Translations under genes and position numbers: made by a program
Source: Candidatus Omnitrophota bacterium
GTDB taxonomy: Bacteria; Omnitrophota; Gorgyraeia; Gorgyraeales; Gorgyraeaceae
Direction of reading: 5' to 3'
Assembly: GCA_030649895.1 (NCBI GenBank)
Contig: JAUSEX010000022.1
Location: 1-54,682, forward strand
Length of the DNA stretch: 54,682 nt
The notes under the pieces: generated by a model
What the model saw: the letters and a program-made list of their open reading frames with translations, nothing else
Database searches by the model: none
Told to the model about the DNA's origin: nothing
Shown: piece by piece, positions 16,644-25,725 of the stretch
Layout of the letters: each line of letters starts with the position of its first letter
Numbering within the stretch: the first letter of the stretch is position 1

Positions 16644-16651
16644 AAATTTAA

Positions 16652-18100
16652 ATGGTTGCTGTAAAAAAGAAGGTCTTATTAGCTGAGCACGAGGCTGGCA
16701 TTGCGGAGATAATACAGTATCTCCTCAAGGCGTGGGATTATGAAATAATTACTATCGCCAAAGGTTTCGCTGTTTTAGACGCAGTAAGACGGGAGCAGCC
16801 TGATATTATTATAATAGACTGGGGCTTGCCTGACATGGACGGCCTTAAGGTCTCCAAGGCCCTGAAAGAAGATTTTCTCACCGCGCATATCCCGATAATA
16901 GTCCTTATAGACAAAAAACAGATAAGAAAAAAGATGCTAGAGATAGAGCAGGGGGTGGACGACTATATTGCCAATCCCCCTGACCCCATAGACCTGGAAA
17001 TTCGCATGGAACTTGCCTTGCGCAGGACCAGCCACCAGCTTTACGCGAACGCCCTTACAAAGCTCCCGGGAAACAGGCAGATAGAGAAGGCAATATATTC
17101 CAGGATGGGCGAGAAAAAGCTTTTCTCGGTAGCCTATTATGACATAGATAATTTTAAATCGTTCAATGACAAATACGGCTATATGAAAGGCGATAGCGTC
17201 ATAAGGCATGTCGCTTATATTATATCCACTACAACCAAAAGATACGGCAATCCGCATGATTTTGTAGGCCATATAGGGGGCGATGATTTTGTGGTAGTTA
17301 CAACGCCTGATAAAGACAGGCTGATTGCGTCTGAGTCAATACTAGCCTTTAACAGGGCAATGCATTTTCATTATTCAAAAGAAGACAGGGAGAGGACCTA
17401 CATAGTTTCAAAAGACAGGCGCGGGAACGTGATGAATATGCCTCTTATGAGCGTCTCCATAGCCATAGCTAACAATAAATATTTTCCCATAAAAAATATG
17501 GTGGAATTGATGGAAACAATCACGGAGATAAAAAGTTATTTAAAGACATTGCCGGGCAGTAATTTTCTCGTGAACCGCAGGCAGATAGAGAAGAAACTAT
17601 TTATTGACGAACCGGTTAAAGCAGAATCTGCTGAAGCTAGCAAAGAAGAGAGGTTAAGGCATAAGCCGCTTGGTCAGATATTGCTGGAGTCTCAGGTGAT
17701 TACGCCTGAACAGCTTGAACTGGCGCTTAACAGGCACTGGAACACAGGCCAGAGAATAGGCCAGAGCGTTATAAGCCTTGGACTGGCAAGTTCCGGGGAT
17801 ATCGCAAGGGCTTTGGAATCGCAGTTCAATATCCCGCATTTTGATATCAGAAATTTGAGCGAAAACGGGGAACTGAAAGAGATAGTATCTAAAATATCTT
17901 TTGATATAATGAAAGATTACGGGGTTTTGCCTGTAAGAAAAGATAAAAACGTATTGCTTTTGGCAATGTTAGACCCTAAGAATATGGAAGCCCTGGCTAA
18001 AATAAAAAGCCTCACGGGTTGCAGCGTAACGCCTTTGTTTGTCCTGGAAAACGAATTTACCGAGATACTTGATAGGATAATCGTAAGATCAAAGGCATGA
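16652..18100 (+). CDS. response-regulator receiver + GGDEF-family domain (GGDDF) + MshEN/T2SS-E N-terminal c-di-GMP-binding-type domain
   Basis: DIIIIDWGLPDMDG receiver. DIDNFKSFNDKYGYMKGD ... HIGGDDFVV. The C-terminus carries two tandem MshEN-like motifs, PLGQILLESQVITPEQLELALNRH and RIGQSVISLGLASSGDIARALESQ. Confidence 0.85.
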   Translation: MVAVKKKVLLAEHEAGIAEIIQYLLKAWDYEIITIAKGFAVLDAVRREQPDIIIIDWGLPDMDGLKVSKALKEDFLTAHIPIIVLIDKKQIRKKMLEIEQGVDDYIANPPDPIDLEIRMELALRRTSHQLYANALTKLPGNRQIEKAIYSRMGEKKLFSVAYYDIDNFKSFNDKYGYMKGDSVIRHVAYIISTTTKRYGNPHDFVGHIGGDDFVVVTTPDKDRLIASESILAFNRAMHFHYSKEDRERTYIVSKDRRGNVMNMPLMSVSIAIANNKYFPIKNMVELMETITEIKSYLKTLPGSNFLVNRRQIEKKLFIDEPVKAESAEASKEERLRHKPLGQILLESQVITPEQLELALNRHWNTGQRIGQSVISLGLASSGDIARALESQFNIPHFDIRNLSENGELKEIVSKISFDIMKDYGVLPVRKDKNVLLLAMLDPKNMEALAKIKSLTGCSVTPLFVLENEFTEILDRIIVRSKA

Positions 18101-18104
18101 AAAA

Positions 18105-18274
18105 GGCCGATAAAGGCTTACAGCTTCAGCTTTTCATCGCTTGGCAACCCAGCCGCCATATTATTCCTAACTGCCTCACTAACCCTTTGCATTCGCTGGG
18201 GTTACGGCTTGTCAGAATAACTTAGGCCCGTAGGCTTTGCGCCCCCTGATTTCTCAGGGTTTGCCCTTATCGGC
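18105..18274. repeat. 170-bp element bounded by GGCCGATAAAGG / CCCTTATCGGC inverted repeats
   Basis: Terminal inverted repeats match 10 of 11. It starts 5 nt after the stop codon. It contains the hairpin CCCTGA-TTTC-TCAGGG (18244-18259). The end motif is the same as at 10513-10591. Confidence 0.5.
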
Positions 18275-18331
18275 TATAATAAGTATACCATATAAAAACG
18301 GTTTTTTCAAGACAAGGAGGAGGTAAGTAGA

Positions 18332-19387
18332 TTGAAAAGATATAACATCCAAGGCGCGCTTATCCTGGTTTTATTATTATTTTTTGTAGCCAATGCTCTT
18401 GCAAAAACCGGGCCTGAGCCGCTTGCTTCGCTCGGGTACAGGGCAGGGCCAATAACAATCCGTAATCAGATGCCTCTCTATCTATTTTATCTGCAGATGG
18501 AGCCTGATAAGGCAGATACAATAGAGCAGAATAAATTTTATATCAATGCAGACTACACTGTTTCAAATATTACGGTCAGTTCTTTTACCCCCGCTTCTTC
18601 GTTATATAATATAAATATCGACGCGGAGGTTTCCAGGATGACGCTGGATCTTAGGTACGGAATTTATGAAAATACGGAAATCGGGCTGGAGATTCCGTAT
18701 CTGAGCTTGTCGGCCGGATATCTGGACGGCTTTGTTGAGGAATTCGAAAAGACCGTAGGCGCGACTACCCCGCGCTCCAGAATAAGGCAGGGCTCTTACA
18801 ATTTTAACTACTCATTCATTTATAATAATGAGAATTTAATAAAAAGAACTAACGCCTCGGATGGTTTAGGCGATGTTGTATTGAAGGCGAAACACCAGCT
18901 ATTGGAAGAAGACAGGTATGGTTTTTTGCCGAACATGTCTTTCCGGGCATCGGCTAAATTTCCAACAGGGGAAAAGAGTTCTTTGCTGGGAAGCGGAGAA
19001 TTCGATTACGGATTCGGTGTGCTTTTAGATAAGACGTTTTCGGAAAAGATAACAGTGTACGCCGGCTGCAATTTTATAGTCATAGAAAAACCGGATTTTT
19101 TCAGCGTATTGAATTTAAAACGGAATATGATTTCAGGGATGATGGGGATAGAATACCTTTTGACGCAAAGATTCTCTCTGGTTACGCAAATTATGGGAAA
19201 CTCAACGCCTTATCCATCCAGCGGCACCAATGTTTTAGATGAATCTGCAATTGACGTGGGGCTGGGGTTTAATTATATCTGGAAGGAAAAGCAGAATGTG
19301 TCCTGGCATTTTGCATTTACTGAAAATATCAATTCCGCAGCTAGCCCGGACGTCAGCCTTAACACAGGATGGAATGTGGGGTTTTAA
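18332..19387 (+). CDS. putative outer-membrane beta-barrel protein (DUF3187-like)
   Basis: Signal peptide, alternating beta-strand pattern, C-terminal ..NTGWNVGF. TTG start after a GGAGGAGG RBS. Confidence 0.65.
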   Translation: MKRYNIQGALILVLLLFFVANALAKTGPEPLASLGYRAGPITIRNQMPLYLFYLQMEPDKADTIEQNKFYINADYTVSNITVSSFTPASSLYNINIDAEVSRMTLDLRYGIYENTEIGLEIPYLSLSAGYLDGFVEEFEKTVGATTPRSRIRQGSYNFNYSFIYNNENLIKRTNASDGLGDVVLKAKHQLLEEDRYGFLPNMSFRASAKFPTGEKSSLLGSGEFDYGFGVLLDKTFSEKITVYAGCNFIVIEKPDFFSVLNLKRNMISGMMGIEYLLTQRFSLVTQIMGNSTPYPSSGTNVLDESAIDVGLGFNYIWKEKQNVSWHFAFTENINSAASPDVSLNTGWNVGF

Positions 19388-19392
19388 CCAAT

Positions 19393-20352
19393 ATGAAAAA
19401 AATCCTTATAATAATCACGGTTATTTTTATTTTACTGGTTGTCGGGATAGCTGTATTCGCGCTTACCTTTGACGCTAATCGGTATAAAGCTGTTCTTATA
19501 ACAAAGCTGGAAGAATCTATGGACAGGGACGTAGCGATAGACAGCATTTCCGTTAACCTTCTGAGCGGAATTGGGCTGGAAGCGAAAGGCGTGGCGATAA
19601 AAGACAGGAATAAGACGTGGAGCGATTTTCTGTTAAAGGCAGATAGATTGAATGTTAGCTTGGAAATCCTGCCGCTTTTCAAAAAGGATATCCGGGTAAA
19701 AAAACTATTTATACCTGAATTGGAAATAAATGCCGGCTCCGGGGCCAATAGTCCCGTGTTCAAGACCACGGTCGATATGGATATGCGAATTCTGATCGAC
19801 GGTTCGTCTCAGCAGGAGGATATGCTTAAAACATTGAGCGCAAAAGGGAACGCGAGGCTTACGAATGTAATCTTGGATAAAATGAATGTCTTAAAAACCG
19901 CCCTGGATCAGTTGAATATGCTGCCAAACATTGTTCAAAAATTAAAAAACAATCTGCCTGAGAAATACAGCGCGCTTTTGAATCAAAGTTATACGCCATT
20001 TAAACCTATAAATGCGGATTTCGAGATAAGAGACGGCAGTATTTATTTTGATAACCTATTGGTAGAAGCAGAGGCCTTTTATCTTGTGAGCAAAGGGTCT
20101 GTGGGCATGATAGACCAGAGCCTGCAGATCAGCTCAAATTTCTTTATCCCGAAGGATCTTTCCGTTGTTTTTTCCGGCGTTGTGCCTGAGCTTAAGCTGA
20201 TTGCGGATAAAGATGGCTTAATAACAATGCCTTTGGAAATAAAAGGCAAGATTCCCAACGTATCAATAATGCCAGACCTTAACTATGTGTTGCAGAAATT
20301 GATAGCATCGAAAGGCCAGGAACTTTTGAATAAGCTATTTAAAGGCAGATGA
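19393..20352 (+). CDS. AsmA-like membrane-anchored protein
   Basis: N-terminal anchor plus FDANRYKAVLITKLEESMDRDVAIDSISVNLLSGIGLEAKGVAIKD, typical of AsmA N-termini. Start set at ATG 19393. Confidence 0.65.
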   Translation: MKKILIIITVIFILLVVGIAVFALTFDANRYKAVLITKLEESMDRDVAIDSISVNLLSGIGLEAKGVAIKDRNKTWSDFLLKADRLNVSLEILPLFKKDIRVKKLFIPELEINAGSGANSPVFKTTVDMDMRILIDGSSQQEDMLKTLSAKGNARLTNVILDKMNVLKTALDQLNMLPNIVQKLKNNLPEKYSALLNQSYTPFKPINADFEIRDGSIYFDNLLVEAEAFYLVSKGSVGMIDQSLQISSNFFIPKDLSVVFSGVVPELKLIADKDGLITMPLEIKGKIPNVSIMPDLNYVLQKLIASKGQELLNKLFKGR

Positions 20353-20852
20353 GAAAGGTCTTTATTTTTCTTGGAATTTTTCTTATGGCTGGCCGGCTGA
20401 TAGCGGCAGGAGAAGATATTGTCATGAAATTAAAAAGTTCTGAATTTGAAAATAATGAATATATACCTAAAAGGTTTACCTGTCTCGGAGAAAATATTAA
20501 CCCCGCTTTAATTATAGAAGACATTCCCGCTGGAACCGTAAGCCTCGCTGTTATATTAGATGACCCTGACGCTCCAGGCGGAGACTGGGTTCACTGGGTT
20601 ATGTTTGACATGCCTGTTGTTTCAAAAATAGAGGAGAATTCAGCGCCCGGGAGGCAGGGTATAAATGATTCCGGTAGAATGAGATATGACGGGCCATGCC
20701 CTCCGTTTGGCATTCACCGATATGTATTTAAACTGTACGCTCTCGATATAAACCTTAACTTGGCAGAAGGAGTTACTAAGGCTGATCTGGAAAAAGCTAT
20801 GAGCGGCCGTATTTTAGCCAAAGCTGAGCTAACAGGGCTTTTCAAGAAATAA
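20349..20852 (+). CDS. YbhB/YbcL-family PEBP (Raf kinase inhibitor-like) protein
   Basis: DDPDAPGGDWVHW and HRYVFKLYALD motifs, with a signal peptide. Confidence 0.85.
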   Translation: MRKVFIFLGIFLMAGRLIAAGEDIVMKLKSSEFENNEYIPKRFTCLGENINPALIIEDIPAGTVSLAVILDDPDAPGGDWVHWVMFDMPVVSKIEENSAPGRQGINDSGRMRYDGPCPPFGIHRYVFKLYALDINLNLAEGVTKADLEKAMSGRILAKAELTGLFKK

Positions 20853-20960
20853 TAGCTTTCAAGGTTATCTTTATTTCCTGCACCTGAAAAAGTAAATGTT
20901 TTTCTGTCGTATCCTTAAGTTGTTGAGGCGCTGATGAAGGCGCCGAGAAAAAAGGAAGGT

Positions 20961-21305
20961 TTAAAATTTTATACTGAAGGTATATTTTGCTTCGTTACTT
21001 TTGAATTCCGGCTTACCTTTTATTTTAAAGACTCTTACGCTGGTTTTTTCTCTTACTTTTGTTTCAATTTCTTTTGCTTTAAAATAAGGATAAAAGATAT
21101 CTATCCCAAGCTGTTTTTCCCATTGCTCCCTTATGAGAATTTTTTCCGCAGCTTCGTCGGGCGTATTATTGTTTGGCTTTGTGTTAACCCATTCAGAAAA
21201 AGAGCCGGATATTACGCCTGCGGTAAGGCCTGAATCTGCGCCTGCGTATGCGCATACAGGTATAATAATAAAACCGGCTATTAGGAGCACAGCTGTCTTA
21301 AGCAT
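20961..21305 (-). CDS. secreted hypothetical protein (114 aa)
   Basis: Signal peptide. AGGAGG lies 7 nt upstream on the minus strand. Preferred over the overlapping F-rich + ORF at 20934-21233. Confidence 0.6.
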   Translation of the reverse strand: MLKTAVLLIAGFIIIPVCAYAGADSGLTAGVISGSFSEWVNTKPNNNTPDEAAEKILIREQWEKQLGIDIFYPYFKAKEIETKVREKTSVRVFKIKGKPEFKSNEAKYTFSIKF

Positions 21306-21507
21306 CTTGCCCTCCTACTATAACTATACCATATTTAAGGGCATTATTCAAATTTGGTAGCGCCTATAACTTTAATAGTTATAATATGTTATAACTATGA
21401 GCTTAATTTGTATTTAGCGGTCCATGGCTAAGAAGAACATAAAAATGTAAATATAATTTCCTTGATTTTATGTAAAATAATGTTAATATTATTAAAAAGG
21501 AGGGGAT

Positions 21508-21699
21508 ATGAGCATAAAGATAAAAAGCGCGGCGTTAATTATTCTTGGGATCCTGGGAGCTATATTTATATTTATGTTTGATACGATAATGGGAAAGCCT
21601 AGAAATTATATAGGCTATAAATCCATAATAGCGATTATATTCTGCGTTTTTTTAATAATACGGGGCATTGTTGCCTTATTGAAAAAACCAAAAGCCTGA
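21508..21699 (+). CDS. small two-helix membrane protein (63 aa)
   Basis: GGAGGGG RBS and two hydrophobic helices. Confidence 0.55.
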   Translation: MSIKIKSAALIILGILGAIFIFMFDTIMGKPRNYIGYKSIIAIIFCVFLIIRGIVALLKKPKA

Positions 21700-21779
21700 T
21701 CTTTATGCCTGCTAGGCATAATTATGTGAATCTTTGGTTCTTGATTGCTTTTTTGCCTGCGTAGTATACTGCTTGCATC

Positions 21780-22772
21780 TTGTCAAATACCTGCAAAATA
21801 TCCTTTCTGTTGCTAAGTTCGTTTGTTATATTTAATTTCACTGCTTATGGTTTTTGCGATGATGACTGGGAATTGATATCCGGCCTTTTTGGCTCGGGTT
21901 TGAATGAGGTTTGCGCTGATAACAAAGGAACTATTTATGCGGCAGGCGAAAAGGCGCTATACAGGACAGAAGATGGCGGGAATATTTGGGCAGTTGTCTT
22001 TTCTACGCAGGCAAAGGATGACAGGATTAATTTTGTCAGGGCCCTGGAGCAGGCTATTTTTGTTTGCACAAAGAATGGAGTGTTTGTAAGCGATGACGGC
22101 AAAACAGGCTGGAAAAATATATTTAAAGGCATCGGAAGCAAGGAAAACAATGTATCGCATATTGCGTTTTCAAAAAATAAGAGGATATGTCTTGCTACAG
22201 GCGCAGGACTTTTAATAAGTAGCGATAACGGTCCTGGATGGACAAAGGATGATATAGGTGGCATGGGGCTTAATTTAAAATGGGTGGAGTTTTTGGATGA
22301 TGCGATATTTGTTGCAGCGGAAAAAGGTGTATATGAAAATTCAGGAACGGGCTGGAGAAGAACTTTTGTAACCAACAGAGAAGGCGTGGAATACGATGCG
22401 GATGTCACAGATGAGTCGCTTAAGGCAGCAAAGCCGGTAAACAGCATAGCTGTTTACCTGGATAAGATATTTCTTGCAGCTGATTCCGGGGTTTTTATAA
22501 GCGAGGATAAGGGCGAGACATGGAAGAGGTTTATTGACGCTGGGCTTATGTCTCTAGGCGTAAAACGGATTTTGTTTGAAGATGTTTTGTACGCAATAAC
22601 AGATAAAGGCGTTTTTGTTTTTTCAGATAAGGATAGGCTGTGGCATGGTTTATACAAAGGGCTGGCAACAAAACAAATAAATTCTATAGCGATAGATTCC
22701 AATGGAAATGCCTGGATAGCTACAAGAAAAGGTTTGTACCGAAAGGTACGGGGACGTCTCACTGCGCTATAA
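21780..22772 (+). CDS. secreted BNR/Ycf48-like beta-propeller protein
   Basis: Repeated SxDxGxTW-type motifs: TEDGGNIW, SDDGKTGW, SSDNGPGW, SEDKGETW. TTG start with no clear RBS. Confidence 0.7.
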   Translation: MSNTCKISFLLLSSFVIFNFTAYGFCDDDWELISGLFGSGLNEVCADNKGTIYAAGEKALYRTEDGGNIWAVVFSTQAKDDRINFVRALEQAIFVCTKNGVFVSDDGKTGWKNIFKGIGSKENNVSHIAFSKNKRICLATGAGLLISSDNGPGWTKDDIGGMGLNLKWVEFLDDAIFVAAEKGVYENSGTGWRRTFVTNREGVEYDADVTDESLKAAKPVNSIAVYLDKIFLAADSGVFISEDKGETWKRFIDAGLMSLGVKRILFEDVLYAITDKGVFVFSDKDRLWHGLYKGLATKQINSIAIDSNGNAWIATRKGLYRKVRGRLTAL

Positions 22773-22940
22773 GATTATTAAAGACAATGAGTTGCAACTG
22801 CTACGATTCCAGTTTAGCGCTTACATATAGTTTTTTGGAATCACTGCTATTGTAACTTGTTGGCTTGTAATGAGTTAAGCCTGCGTAAGACGTCCCTATT
22901 CCTAGTGCCTTCCGGGCATTATTATCTGCCTTATTTCTTC

Positions 22941-22970
22941 TTGATATAATAATTTTCGAAAAGGTATACT
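22941..22970 (+). promoter_or_regulatory. possible promoter of the 205-aa orphan gene
   Basis: TTGATA, 18-nt spacer, TATACT. Confidence 0.4.
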
Positions 22971-23038
22971 AGTCTATAATTGTTTAATATAGATATTTTC
23001 CTCATGTGTGTTTATCTTATCCGGCAAAGGAGGTTTTT

Positions 23039-23653
23039 GTGAAACATGCAATTCTATCTGTAATGGTTTTTGCCCTTATTATTCGGTCTAACCAAATTAC
23101 TTTTGCTGATGAGAATGCCAGCTCTCTCGAAATCCAAAAGCAAGACGTTTTAAAAAAATTCGAAGGTGAGCCTACTATCAATGATGTGCAAAACGCAGCT
23201 TGTGAATACGCGGAGGTTCATCCTGATAAGATAAAGGAATGGAGAAAATTTGCAAACAAAAAAGCCATACTGCCAAATGTCTCGGTAGGATTAGACAGGT
23301 ATGTTACTGATTACTGGCACTGGGATTCCGGCACTAGCCCTGACACATTGCAAAAAGGAAAAGACACAGTCAGCTGGGATATTGCCATGAGCTGGGATTT
23401 GGGAGACCTTATGTGGAGCAGCGACCAGACAGCCATTGATGTGAGGTCGAAGCTCATGGTTGAACTGAGAGACGATATAATGAACGAGATTACAAGGACG
23501 TATTTTGAAAGAAGGCGTCTTCAGATAGAAATGCTAGCTTCGCCTCCCAAGGATTTAAGGCTTAGTCTTGAAAAAGAACTACGGCTTCAGGAACTGACCG
23601 CAGACATTGATGCCCTGACCGGCAATTACTTTTCCACCCATATAAAAAAATAA
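23039..23653 (+). CDS. secreted hypothetical protein (205 aa)
   Basis: GTG start 5 nt after AAGGAGG. Signal peptide. Conserved-looking block VSWDIAMSWDLGDLMWSSDQTAIDVRSKLMVELRDDIMNEITRTYFERRRLQ. No family recognised. Confidence 0.65.
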   Translation: MKHAILSVMVFALIIRSNQITFADENASSLEIQKQDVLKKFEGEPTINDVQNAACEYAEVHPDKIKEWRKFANKKAILPNVSVGLDRYVTDYWHWDSGTSPDTLQKGKDTVSWDIAMSWDLGDLMWSSDQTAIDVRSKLMVELRDDIMNEITRTYFERRRLQIEMLASPPKDLRLSLEKELRLQELTADIDALTGNYFSTHIKK

Positions 23654-23728
23654 CTTTCTCATAAGCTTACAAAATTAGCATGACTTGATTTGTCAGTTAG
23701 TGGGCAAAAAACTTTGTTGAATTTTTTA

Positions 23729-23756
23729 TTGACAAATTATAAATAAATGATATACT
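23729..23756 (+). promoter_or_regulatory. near-consensus promoter of the 608-aa orphan gene
   Basis: TTGACA, 16-nt spacer, TATACT. The 17-mer ATTTTTTATTGACAAAT (23721-23737) is identical to 2347-2363. Confidence 0.6.
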
Positions 23757-23798
23757 TTTATAAAGTATTTAAAACATATGTAATTTATAGGAGGGATT

Positions 23799-25625
23799 AT
23801 GAATACCAAAAAATTAATAAATAAAATCTTATCGTTACTGCTTGTCTTTATTTTTATAGGTGTAAATACAGCTTATTCTTTAGACAGGACATTGAGAGTG
23901 CCATTACAAACAACAAAAGAAGGAACTGCGCAACGCTTGAAAGATGCTATGAAAGAAGCTGGTGGAGCCACAGGAATGACGGATGCAATAAGAACCACAA
24001 CTGCAATGGCGGATAGAGCCATTGCCTTAGATACTAGCAAAGCAATTGAAGCTATAATAGGTATGCTTAGTAAGATTCATTATCCAGTAACAACCAAAGA
24101 ACAGATTGTCAAAAAACAGATTGCCACACACCTTTCCGATCTTAAAGCAGGTCTTGAGCTTAAATCAGGGGTTGTCAGCAGTAAAGAATTGGATGATTGT
24201 CTTACTCTTTTTTGCAAGACATACAGTATGGCGATAAATGTGAGGGATTATGGCGGCATAGGTACTAATACATACTTGGAGCTTTTGCATGATGTTTTTA
24301 GGGATATAGCTCAGTTTACGGCATATGTGTTGTCAAAAAATCAAAAACTTATTCAGGATGAAAAGGGAGACAAACTTTATCTTGTATTGGATTTAATAGT
24401 TAACTCCAAGCCAAAGCCACACGGTGAAGTAAGCATTGCAAGCAATGTTTTTGCTATGATGCAAGGTGATCCTCCAGCGAGAAGAGGAGAGGAAGATAGG
24501 CGGGATGAATATGGATTCAGGTACAATATCAGAGTGACAGGCGACTATGCCAGGGAGGCGATAAGATTGCTGGCAGGGAAAATATCCATTGTTCAGCTTG
24601 GCAATTATCTTAATAGAAATTTTACTGACGAGCAAAGAGAAGCGCTTGTAAACAGCACTTTATATGTTTTGTTTGAGCAAGCTATCAATGCTTCTCGCGG
24701 AAAAAAAGTTGTTTATAAAGCTTTAACATCTTTTATGCTTTATGAGGGAAAAGGCACAACGTATTCTGTTAAGCCCGGATGGGAACAAGTATTTAATATG
24801 GCAAAAAAGGCAGTAGCAGCAGATATAGCAGCAGCTATACCGGAAGATTCTAATGTGAGCGTCCTGGGAGCGAAAAAAGATTTTAAAGCAAAGGAACTTC
24901 TGTATGCGTTTAAACATGGGTATGTGCAGTATGATTTTGAAGGAGGCAAATGGGTATGGAACCCAGGGGGAAGTATGGAGTTCTGGAAACTGAAAGCTAT
25001 AGCCTATCTTGCGAATCGGCTTGATGGTCGCTTAAGCTGGTTTTACAAGTATCAAGATAGCATAAGCGAAAAATATAAAGTACGAGTGACTAAATTTGCC
25101 GGGACAGAAACTGAAAAGACAGCGAAGGCATTATATGCTTGGATACTTTTAGAGGCTAGGCCGGACACGATAAAGGAAATAACTTCTTTTCTGGAAGGGC
25201 TTGAGAAAGATGCAGCGCAAGAAGCTGATCGGTTAAGTAGTCAAAATGAGCCGATGTTAGTTATGCGTAGCGATACTTTTAGCATAGGTGTTAAATCTGC
25301 GCAGGAATTCAGCAAAGGCAAGTTTTATTACCTCAAGGAATCAGGCCTGTTTGTGTACGACGTGGTGGAAGCGTATTTAGACCCATTACTGGATATGTTG
25401 AAGGATAGCGAGCATGGCAGTGATTGGTGGGTACGTAAGCAAGCAGATGACCTTTTTTACAGGATACATTGGCGCAGAAACCCTGTAGATACTCTTGAAG
25501 CAATGGCATTTATTGATTCACTGGATAATCAAATGAAAGATTTCAAAAAACCTAAAGCAGGCGATGATATAAATGCTGTGGTCAGAACTTTGGACAGTAG
25601 AAGGCAACTCAATGGAGCGTTATAA
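23799..25625 (+). CDS. large secreted hypothetical protein (608 aa), no recognisable domain
   Basis: AGGAGGG RBS and signal peptide. Visibly more AT-rich than neighbouring genes. Confidence 0.75.
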   Translation: MNTKKLINKILSLLLVFIFIGVNTAYSLDRTLRVPLQTTKEGTAQRLKDAMKEAGGATGMTDAIRTTTAMADRAIALDTSKAIEAIIGMLSKIHYPVTTKEQIVKKQIATHLSDLKAGLELKSGVVSSKELDDCLTLFCKTYSMAINVRDYGGIGTNTYLELLHDVFRDIAQFTAYVLSKNQKLIQDEKGDKLYLVLDLIVNSKPKPHGEVSIASNVFAMMQGDPPARRGEEDRRDEYGFRYNIRVTGDYAREAIRLLAGKISIVQLGNYLNRNFTDEQREALVNSTLYVLFEQAINASRGKKVVYKALTSFMLYEGKGTTYSVKPGWEQVFNMAKKAVAADIAAAIPEDSNVSVLGAKKDFKAKELLYAFKHGYVQYDFEGGKWVWNPGGSMEFWKLKAIAYLANRLDGRLSWFYKYQDSISEKYKVRVTKFAGTETEKTAKALYAWILLEARPDTIKEITSFLEGLEKDAAQEADRLSSQNEPMLVMRSDTFSIGVKSAQEFSKGKFYYLKESGLFVYDVVEAYLDPLLDMLKDSEHGSDWWVRKQADDLFYRIHWRRNPVDTLEAMAFIDSLDNQMKDFKKPKAGDDINAVVRTLDSRRQLNGAL

Positions 25626-25725
25626 AAAAATCGCCACGAATCTTTCAAAGCAGAGTTCTTTTTTATAGCATATGATTTTTGTTCCCGATTTTTGTTTAAT
25701 TTTTTCTTGACGCAATAAGGAGCGT

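Noticed and set aside
18105-18274. 6S RNA or SRP RNA candidate (about 170 nt with paired ends)
   Set aside because: Apart from the terminal 11-bp pairing and two short inner stems, the interior does not fold into the long irregular hairpin expected for 6S. It also lacks the SRP domain IV motif.
20900-20960. GGCGC-TGATGAAG-GCGCC hairpin between the PEBP gene and the convergent 114-aa gene, considered as a bidirectional terminator
   Set aside because: The stem is only 5 bp. The A6 run lies on the wrong side for either transcript. Too weak to call.
20934-21233. + strand 99-aa ORF overlapping the 114-aa minus-strand gene
   Set aside because: Phenylalanine-rich nonsense-like translation with no RBS. 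The minus-strand ORF has an AGGAGG RBS and a signal peptide.
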